Of a DNA stretch of 64,000 nt, positions 9,525-17,732 are shown one piece after another. The stretch is from NCBI GenBank assembly GCA_016713585.1, contig JADJOV010000025.1:110361-174360 (forward strand). The letters are read 5' to 3'. Under the pieces are notes generated by a model. The model saw nothing but the letters and a program-made list of their open reading frames with translations. It did not search any database and had not been told where the DNA came from. A program made the position numbers and the translations under genes. Every line of letters begins with the position of its first letter. Positions within the stretch are counted from its first letter, which is position 1. The DNA comes from Bdellovibrionales bacterium. GTDB lineage: Bacteria; Bdellovibrionota; Bdellovibrionia; Bdellovibrionales; Bdellovibrionaceae.

Positions 9525-11820
9525 ATGTTAAAAAAGAAATTTATTCAAGGACTAGTTAAAAGGCACCCCGACGGATTTGGTTTTCTCATTCCCGAGCAAA
9601 TGGACCACCCCGATGTTTTTATTCCCAGACATTCGATGACTGGTGTAATGACCAATGACAGAGTGATGGCCGAAGTTGAGGCTGAAAAAGGTGGTGAGCG
9701 TTTCCGCGGAGAAGTCGTTCGCATTATTTCCCGCGGCACAACTCAGGTGGTCGGACAGTTCCAGCGGCTCAATGACAAATGGGGTATCATTAAGGACGAA
9801 AGCCTTTCATGGGGACAAGATCTTCGAGTCAAAATGGAAGACAGTCTTGGTGCCACTGCGGGCCAATTGGTGGCAGCCCAAATTCTGACTTACCCCGAGG
9901 AAAGCGGCTCATTTGTTGGAAAAATTACTGTTATCATCGGTCGTGTTCAAGAGCCGATGAACGATATTACCCGAGTAATTATGTCCCAACAAATACCGTC
10001 GGAGTTTCCACCCGGAGGTCCTCGCGGAAGCGAAAAAGTTGCCGGCCGAACCTCAGAATAGTGATTTTTCAAATCGTCGCGATCTTCGTTCGAAGAACTT
10101 AATTACCATCGACGGGCAAACTGCTAAAGATTTTGATGATGCGGTCCTGGTCGAGCCCGAGGCAGACGGCTTCAGACTCTTCGTGGCCATTGCCGACGTT
10201 TCTCATTACGTTCAGGTTGGAACGGCTCTCGATAAAGAAGCCTACCTTCGAGGAACCAGTGTTTATTTTCCGAACTTTGTGGTCCCCATGCTGCCAGAGG
10301 CCATCAGCAATGGTTTGTGTTCTTTGATGCCGAATGTCCCACGGCTTTGTTTAGTCTCTGAAATGAAATTCAACTTTGAAGGGGAGATGAAGTCTTCCGA
10401 GTTTTACGAAGGGGTCATGGAAAGCAAAGCGCGAGTGACCTACGGCGAGGCCCAAGAGGTCATTGATGGGTCTCCTATCGACCGCCTCAAGCATGTGAAA
10501 CAAAATATATTAAAAGCTGCCGACCTGGCAAGAATTCTAATGGCAAAACGATTTCGCGAAGGCTCTCTTGATCTTGAAATACCGGAAACCACGCTCGAAA
10601 TTGATGCGGCAGGTGTTCCCTTGGACGTTATTCGCTCAGCACGTTTGTTTGCCCATCGCTTAATCGAAGAGCTCATGCTTGCCGCCAACGTGGCAGTCGC
10701 TCAGTTCTTTATGAAACGTGATGTTCCTGCTATTTACAGAGTTCATGACTCACCTCATGCAGCAGCACTCACTCAGCTTGAAAAGTACTTGAAGAATTTT
10801 GGAAGTAAAGTTGTCTTTGACTCCGGAAAGCTTCAGAAACGACTTACCAAGGCTTTGAAGGAATTTGAAGGCAAGCCCGAGGCTCAGGTCTTGAATATTC
10901 TGACCCTTCGATCGATGAATCAAGCCAAATATCATATGACAAATATCGGCCATTTTGGATTGGGCTTTGATGATTACACTCACTTCACTTCCCCGATTCG
11001 CCGATATCCTGATTTGATCGTTCACCGTCTCGTCAAAAATCAGGTGATGCCAAAATCTAGGTATCGCCTTTTGAGTGAAGACGATCTAATCACCTCGGGC
11101 GTCCATCTCTCTGCCTGCGAACAACGGGCAGCCAAGGCAGAACGGCAATTGATGTCTATCAAGAAAGCTCGCTTTATGGAAAAACATGTGGGCGAGAAGT
11201 TTCAAGGACTCATAAGTTCGGTTGTGCGTTTCGGAGTTTTCGTTTTGCTCCGTGAGTTTGATATTGATGGATTGATTCGAATTGAGGAGCTCTCTCCGGA
11301 GAAGTTAGAGTTTGATGAAGACAATTTGAAACTAATTGCACGACGCTCGGGCTTAAGCTTTCAGGTTGGAGACGCTTTAGAAATAGTTGTTGAGTCAGTC
11401 GATATCGATCTTGGTCAAATAACTTTTGCACTCGCAAATAAGGTCAAGTCTGTTTCAAAAAATAAGAACAAAAACAGTTTCCGACGAACAGAAAGACCAC
11501 GACGCGACGACAAAAAATCAAGTCGCACAGAGGTTCTTCGACCTAAGTCCGTAAGTAATTCTGAAAAGCCCAAGAAGCCGACCTTAGTCGAGCTGCTTCA
11601 AAAAAGAATTGAGCAAAATTCAAAGACATCGGCACCTCGAAAGAATGAGCATACTGGTCAAAGAAAAACAGAGCATTTGGCTCAGAAAAAGGAGAAGTCA
11701 CTTGGAGCTGGGTCTGCGAGCAAATCCCCTGGGAAAAACCCTGAAGAACGCGGCAAGACTAAGAACAATCGTCGGCGTGTTCGCAAAACACGGTTTTCAG
11801 GAGCTCGCAAAAAAACTTAG
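9525..11820 (+). pseudogene. rnr: ribonuclease R, frameshifted
   Basis: The N-terminal cold-shock/OB part is ORF 9525-10061. The RNB catalytic part is ORF 10039-11820 (ITIDGQTAKDFDDAV, GHFGLG...YTHFTSPIRRYPDL), followed by an S1 domain and a Lys/Arg-rich tail. The join EFPP/EVLAEAKKLPAEPQ lies at the CCC run 10011-10013. Confidence 0.85.
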
Positions 11821-13378
11821 ACTTGGGCGATTTCTGATCGATCGCCTCAACGCCACCGAGAATATCGAAAGCCTCACTGTGCCCGAACGCCTTCGAATGG
11901 CATTCGAGGAGTTGGGGCCAACTTTTGTGAAACTCGGACAATTGCTTGCAACGCGCCCAGACTTGGTTCCAGAGGACTACGTCCTCGAGTTTTCTAAACT
12001 TCATGATCGGGTTTTGCCCTTGAGCTTTGAAGTAGTTGAAGAGGTTCTCTCCGCGGAACTCGGCTCGGATTACAAACAACGCATTCGCTCGATTGATCCA
12101 GAACCCTTGGGCTCGGCAAGCATTGCTCAAGTGCATCGCGCGACTCTCACAAACGGCGACGAGATTGTCCTTAAAGTCCAACGGCCTAAGGTTATTGAAA
12201 TAATCAGCGATGATCTCAATGTCCTTTATCTGCTGGCTGACCTACTTAACAAATATATTCCTGAAGCTCGCCTCTTTAGCCCGCGAGCTATTGTTGATGA
12301 ATACTTCAAAACCCTCGAGCTTGAAACAAACTTTGTTGTTGAGGCCAATAACATTCGTCGCTTTCAGAAGAATTTTGCGTCCGAGCCTAAGATTAAGATT
12401 CCAAAAGTCAATTTTGAACTCACGACTGAAAAAGTCCTGGTGATGGAGGCTTTGCACGGAACTCCGCTCAGCCAGATGGAGGGTTTTTCACAACAGCGTG
12501 AACTTGCCCAGGAGGTCATTCGAACGGGCCTCAGGGCCTACCTTAAAATGGTTTTTGTTGACGGCCTTTTTCATGGCGATTTACATGCGGGTAATTTTTT
12601 TATTTGCGCCAATCAACAGGTTGGCCTGATCGATTTTGGTGTCGTCGGAAGGCTGAACTCTCGAACGCAAGCGTCTATTGCAAGCATGTTAATGGCGCTA
12701 GCCAAGGAAGACTACGAACGGCTGGCCTACGAATATGTGGACCTGGCGCCCTTCACGGATCAGGTCAACGTAGATCTTTTGGCCAAGGAACTTCGCGAGC
12801 TCATTGCTCCATACTATGGACTAACCCTCAGAAATGTGAATTTTGGAAAGCTTTTGATGAGCACATCCTCAATTGCAGCCAGACATCATTTAGCCGTACC
12901 GACTGAATTGATGATGTTTTTTAAGTCATTGATTGCCGTCGAAGGTCTCGGCCGCCGAATTCAGAAAGATTTTGACTTCCTCCAATACTCTTTGGAATTT
13001 GCGGGCGAACTTCTAAAGTATCAGCTAGAGCCCCAAAAAATGGCAGTCGAATTTAACACCCTCGCCCGGGAATCCAAAGCCCTGGTTCAGATTCTGCCCC
13101 GTCAGCTTAACTTTTTGTTTCGCAAAATAAACAGTCCAGATTATTCCACTCGGATTAGAATCAACGGCCTTGAGGAAATCAAGAAGTCCCTCGAGGTCTC
13201 CTTTAATCTGATGTTCTTAGGTTTAGTGATTGCTGCGCTTATTATCAGCGGGTCCCTGATCTTCACTCATCCATCTGAAACCATGATTTGGAAAATTCCA
13301 ACTATGAGTTTTATTCTTTATGCTCTCGCGGGATTTTTAGGGGTATTCGGGTTTATCAATTACATAAAAAAACCGTAG
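11609..13378 (+). CDS. ABC1/UbiB-family atypical kinase
   Basis: Motifs are ELGPTFVKLGQLLATRPDL, PLGSASIAQVH and HGDLHAGN, with two C-terminal TM helices. The start is uncertain: the conserved N-terminus begins about ARLRTIVGVFAKHGF (near 11750), so the first ~45 codons overlapping the RNase R tail are probably not translated. Confidence 0.8.
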   Translation: MSKIQRHRHLERMSILVKEKQSIWLRKRRSHLELGLRANPLGKTLKNAARLRTIVGVFAKHGFQELAKKLRLGRFLIDRLNATENIESLTVPERLRMAFEELGPTFVKLGQLLATRPDLVPEDYVLEFSKLHDRVLPLSFEVVEEVLSAELGSDYKQRIRSIDPEPLGSASIAQVHRATLTNGDEIVLKVQRPKVIEIISDDLNVLYLLADLLNKYIPEARLFSPRAIVDEYFKTLELETNFVVEANNIRRFQKNFASEPKIKIPKVNFELTTEKVLVMEALHGTPLSQMEGFSQQRELAQEVIRTGLRAYLKMVFVDGLFHGDLHAGNFFICANQQVGLIDFGVVGRLNSRTQASIASMLMALAKEDYERLAYEYVDLAPFTDQVNVDLLAKELRELIAPYYGLTLRNVNFGKLLMSTSSIAARHHLAVPTELMMFFKSLIAVEGLGRRIQKDFDFLQYSLEFAGELLKYQLEPQKMAVEFNTLARESKALVQILPRQLNFLFRKINSPDYSTRIRINGLEEIKKSLEVSFNLMFLGLVIAALIISGSLIFTHPSETMIWKIPTMSFILYALAGFLGVFGFINYIKKP

Positions 13379-13707
13379 AAATGGATACTTATGAAAAAGA
13401 ATGACAAATAACTCGCTCTCCCAATTCTAGGGTCGGCGCGAAGCGCTGTTGGCAATGTGCCGAGTCTTCGCTCTATGGCTGAATTGGGATCAGGACCCCA
13501 TCGCTCTGGAGATATAGCACCCATTTTAAAAAAAAGAAGTCCAAGGAGTTGCTCCAACACGAGCAACCTTAATCTCTAAGGGAATGAGAAAAGTTCTTGT
13601 GACACTTTTTCCAGTGGCAATTGGAGTCGTTCACTGATTGCCTCGCGATTTTGAGATGTTCCGTCTTTCTTTTTGATCCCTCGTCGTAATTGGAGTAAGT
13701 ATGAGGG

Positions 13708-15458
13708 ATGATTTCTTTCTTTTTATCCATGAAACCTCAAGCACAAACAGTGCTCTTACTCAGTTTGGTCATTGTCCTCGGCTTGCTTTTCGGTAAGGTG
13801 AAAGCCCTCGGTATAAGTCTGGGAATTGGAGGAGTCCTTTTTGCGGGCCTTCTCTGCGGCCACTTTCTCGCTCTGTTGGAACCTTCGAATTCTGGAGCTA
13901 CTCTTTTAAATCGAGATATCCTCGAATTTTTGCGGGAGTTCGGACTCGTACTTTTTGTCTACACCATTGGCATGCAGGTTGGGCCTGGTTTTTTTGCTTC
14001 CTTCAAGAAAGACGGACTATTTCTCAACATTCTCGCGGCGACCATTGTCTTTTTGGGATTGGTAACCGCCGGCACCATCCATTTAGTCAATCCCCAAAAA
14101 TTTCCTGTAGAAGTTGCGGTTGGACTGCTGGCCGGCTCAACCACAAATACTCCTGGCCTTGGCGCTGGCCAACAGGTTCTTTCAGACGTGGTCGCTAAGC
14201 GATCCCTTTCTTCAAAAACAGAAACTTCCGCCGCGGTGATCTCTGCCAAAGAGATCTCATCGATGAGTTATGCGGTCTCTTATCCTTTTGGTATTGTTGG
14301 AATCATTCTGGCAATGATTGCCATTCGTGTATTCTTTCGTTTGAATCCTGTCAAATCTGCAACCAATTTCGCCCGCGCTCAAGGTTCTGAAAAATTAATG
14401 CCGATGAACATCAATCTGAAAGTTCTCGAAACCGCGGCCTTGGGGCTCAGAATCTCTGAGCTGGCCAAAATTGCTGGAAGCCATGTCGTTATTTCCCGCC
14501 ATCGACGCCATGATGCAGAAAGAGGTGATGTTATTGAAGTGGCTCATCCAGAAACGAAATTGTTTTCTGGAGATATTATTCATGCGGTGGGCCCCAAAGA
14601 TCAGATCGAGCATCTCCAAGAACTCACCGGCCCTATCACTGAGCTTGATCTTCGTAAAGTGGATTCAAAATTGGAAAGTCGGCGAATTTTGGTTTCCGAC
14701 GGATCCGTCCTGGGCAAGACCATTGAAACCCTCCAAATTCAGCCCCGATATGGGGTGACAATAACACGAGTTGTGCGAGCCGGAATTGAATTCCCCCAAA
14801 GTGATGAAGTGAAGCTAAATTTCGGCGATATTCTTGTGGCCGTGGGTCCATCCGAATCGATCGATCAGGTCGCAAAATATTTGGGAGACAGCGTTCATCA
14901 ATACAATCACCCCCTCTTGATTCCCATGTTTGTCGGCATCGTCTTGGGAACAATCTTGGGCTCTGTTCCAATTCCCTGGGACTTCCGGTTCCCTTAAAGT
15001 TGGGTTTGGCTGGGGGACCTTTGCTCGTCGCTCTGATTTTTAGTCGTTTTGGCAAAGTGGGAAAATTTGTATTTCACATTCCAGCTGGGGCCAATCTTTG
15101 GGTGCGAGAGTTAGGCATTGTTTTATTCCTAGCATGTGTCGGTCTTATGTCTGGGGGAAAAATCATCGAGACCTTGATCCACGGAGATGGATTGAGATGG
15201 ATGTTCGCTGGGGCACTGATAACCTTTGTCCCCATCATCGTAGTGGGCTTCGGGGCCAGATATTTCTATAAAACAAATTATATGCAATTGTGTGGCCTCT
15301 TGGCTGGCTCAATGACGGATCCTCCCGCCCTCGCATTTGCAAGCGGAATTGCCCATTCCGAAGGCCCTGCAATCACTTATGCGACAGTTTATCCTCTGGT
15401 AATGCTTCTTCGAATTCTGACTTGCCAGCTCTTCGTCATCATCTTATCTCAACTGTAG
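13708..15458 (+). pseudogene. YidE/YbjL (AAE-family) transporter with two RCK_C/TrkA-C domains, frameshifted
   Basis: ORFs 13708-14997 and 15000-15458 fit this architecture. Shifting at the CCC run 14974-14976 gives the continuous sequence ..GSVPIP/LGLPVPLKLGLAGGPLLVALIF. The two central soluble repeats (LRISELA..., ITRVVRAG...) resemble RCK_C domains. Confidence 0.75.
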
Positions 15459-15784
15459 CGGCAACACGCCTACGTTCGCGAGACTGGTCGCATCGCAATG
15501 ACATGAACAGGAGCTGAGTGACGCGTTATCTGTCTTACAACCCACCGAACTTTAGCGGGATGGAACTGTTCAACGTTTTGAATATTGTTATGAGATTATC
15601 TGGAAGCTTGCCCAGTCGTTTTTGCCCCTGGCTACCAATCTTTTTTCTATACTCAAAGACGAAAATCATGAATGAGCCCGCGTATCTTCCGCAAATTAGG
15701 AGTGAGAAGAAACTGTGGTTTGAGAAAGGATCAGTTGATAATTTTCCCATTTTCAAAGAGAAAATTTGAAATATGAGAAGCGCA

Positions 15785-15830
15785 AATAGTAACGTCAATG
15801 TCCGCATCGTCGGATATTGACGTTACTATT
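15785..15830. repeat. 46-nt near-perfect palindrome (20-nt arms, 6-nt loop, 1 mismatch)
   Basis: The sequence is AATAGTAACGTCAATGTCCG-catcgt-CGGATATTGACGTTACTATT, in the 470-nt gap upstream of the surface-protein cluster. Confidence 0.9.
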
Positions 15831-15928
15831 ACGCATTTCTTTAGCGCAAAACCCTGGCTTGATCTTAGCATTCAGTGGACTGAATCAAATCAATTCAAAA
15901 CCATGCTAACTAAAAACAGGAGAAAAAA

Positions 15929-17029
15929 ATGAAACAGACTTTTGCGGAATTTAAATATTTCAGTGTCATCTTAGCCCTCAGCCTGAGTGTCGGCTGCGTT
16001 AAGCTACAGAAATCCGGCAGCGAAACCCAAGCCTCTCCCACGCCAAACCCACCTCAGAGTGAAAGCACGAACCCTCCAGGCAGCCCAGACACTAATCAAA
16101 GCTCAACTCGAGCCGAACCATTAAGCACTGGTCAGGCAGCACCTGCGCCATTGGAACCTCAGCCAGAAACCAGTTTGGTGATCGAGGGAAATATGGTCTT
16201 GGATGTTACAAAAATAATGCAGCTAGGGGCTCGCTTTAACAAGAATAATGGAAACGATGTTTATACCATTCGAATCGACAACCTCATATTCAAGGATCAT
16301 GCGGTATTGAAGACCGAGGGTCTCAACTTAGAAATAGAATCCAAGCGCCTTCTCGTGGATGGGAAGGCTCAATTAGTAACATTTGCAACTCATGACAAAG
16401 CAGACATCAATAAGCCCGGACGATCCGGGGGACTTGTCGTCATCCGCACTCAGATGGCCGAGGGACAACTGGATTTCTTTCTCAATGGTGAAAATGGCGG
16501 CGATGGACTTGCCGGGGCCGCTCCAGGTCCAGAAAAAAATGGCTCCAACGGTGCAAATGGAACTGATGGACTTGTCGACCTTATACCAGTCCAAAAATGG
16601 GGGCTCGATGGGAGAGTGTTCTTCATGGAGGAACCTGAGTGCAAAACACATCCAACGAGAGGGGCCATGGGGGCTTCGGGACTTCAGGGCAACCAAGGCA
16701 TGAATGGAAAAGCTGGTGGGAACACGGCTGAGTTGATCTTTCGAGTCCTTGATAAACAAAATTTTAGTTTTTATATCATCGAACAAAATCCAGGCTTGGG
16801 TGGCCAAGGTGGAGCAGGCGGTGCAGGTGGACAACCTGGGGTTCAAGGAGAAAGCGGGATCGTTTTGACCTCAGAGGCCTATAAAAAATCGTATTGGCCA
16901 CAAGTGAAGCCCTTAACCGATGACTTTTGTTCCACTTTGACAGTCGCTCAGACCAAGCCTTCTGCTGGGCCACAAGGTCCTCAAGGAAACACTGGACCCA
17001 CGGGTGAAATTAAGAAAAACTCACTATAA
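15929..17029 (+). CDS. lipoprotein with short collagen-like G-X-Y runs
   Basis: The lipobox is LSLSVGC, followed by a Pro/Ser/Thr-rich linker. G-X-Y runs follow: GAMGASGLQGNQGMNGKAGG, GLGGQGGAGGAGGQPGVQGESG and GPQGPQGNTGPTGE. Confidence 0.6.
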   Translation: MKQTFAEFKYFSVILALSLSVGCVKLQKSGSETQASPTPNPPQSESTNPPGSPDTNQSSTRAEPLSTGQAAPAPLEPQPETSLVIEGNMVLDVTKIMQLGARFNKNNGNDVYTIRIDNLIFKDHAVLKTEGLNLEIESKRLLVDGKAQLVTFATHDKADINKPGRSGGLVVIRTQMAEGQLDFFLNGENGGDGLAGAAPGPEKNGSNGANGTDGLVDLIPVQKWGLDGRVFFMEEPECKTHPTRGAMGASGLQGNQGMNGKAGGNTAELIFRVLDKQNFSFYIIEQNPGLGGQGGAGGAGGQPGVQGESGIVLTSEAYKKSYWPQVKPLTDDFCSTLTVAQTKPSAGPQGPQGNTGPTGEIKKNSL

Positions 17030-17110
17030 GCATATTGTTGTTTATCGAACGTCCTGGAATGATTAAATTCTTTTGTGCCCAAATTAGCAGGAGTGTTATC
17101 ATAACTGCTG

Positions 17111-17728
17111 ATGGGCACTTTTTTTGGTTTTCTTTTCTTAACTCTCTTAGTCAGCAGCCAGGCCTTTGGTCTTGAAGCGACGCTGGGAATTGGCGAATTT
17201 TACTCGCAGGTCAAGGTTGAAGACTTGGCCAACGGAACTTCGGCCGAGTATGCGGGACTGGGCTATCTTGGAGAGCTTCGTATACGCCTCGGCAGTGGAG
17301 GAGGACCTGGCACCGGAACATCATCCTTCGTTGCAAAACCAGATATTTTCTTGTACGGGGCATACTTCTCTCAGCCCAATTCAGCCAGTGTTGGATCTCT
17401 TCGAAAAAGCAGCGTGTCTGGAGCTGGAATTGATTTTCGCTTTGAGTATTTGTTTTTGGGGGGACAGGCTCAAACCAATGCCTCTTCGATTGATACGACA
17501 ACGGGAACAACAACCAATTCATATACTTCCTTTGGAGTTCGTGCAGGCCTTAACTTCCCATTTGGTGTTGGCTCTCCATTTGTCGTCCAGGTGGGATTTG
17601 TACAGAATCTGGGTCGAGGAACCTCGGCCTCACTCTCGACAGGGGCAAGCATTAACACGGAGACAGGCGTCTTTCTTATGATTCAGAGTCGTTTATTTCA
17701 AACTAACGCTGGCGCTGGGGGAAGATAG
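17111..17728 (+). CDS. small secreted protein, possible 8-stranded outer-membrane beta-barrel
   Basis: It has a signal peptide (FLFLTLLVSSQAFG) and alternating hydrophobic/Gly-rich strands. No specific family recognised. Confidence 0.45.
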   Translation: MGTFFGFLFLTLLVSSQAFGLEATLGIGEFYSQVKVEDLANGTSAEYAGLGYLGELRIRLGSGGGPGTGTSSFVAKPDIFLYGAYFSQPNSASVGSLRKSSVSGAGIDFRFEYLFLGGQAQTNASSIDTTTGTTTNSYTSFGVRAGLNFPFGVGSPFVVQVGFVQNLGRGTSASLSTGASINTETGVFLMIQSRLFQTNAGAGGR

Positions 17729-17732
17729 GCCG

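Noticed and set aside
11609-11760. The first ~45-50 codons of the UbiB-family ORF as real coding sequence.
   Set aside because: They overlap the RNase R basic tail in another frame and precede the conserved UbiB N-terminus. The true start is probably internal (candidate CTG or GTG codons at 11741 and 11777), but I cannot fix it.
16373-16973. Alternative-frame and antisense ORFs inside the collagen-like lipoprotein gene (16373-16846 -, 16383-16703 +, 16450-16668 -, 16776-16973 -).
   Set aside because: The Gly-codon-rich repeat sequence keeps several frames open. Only the sense frame has a lipobox and coherent G-X-Y periodicity.
17166-17681. 171-aa ORF in an alternative frame of the 17111-17728 gene.
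   Set aside because: It has no signal peptide or motifs. The 17111 frame has a signal peptide and beta-barrel-like composition.
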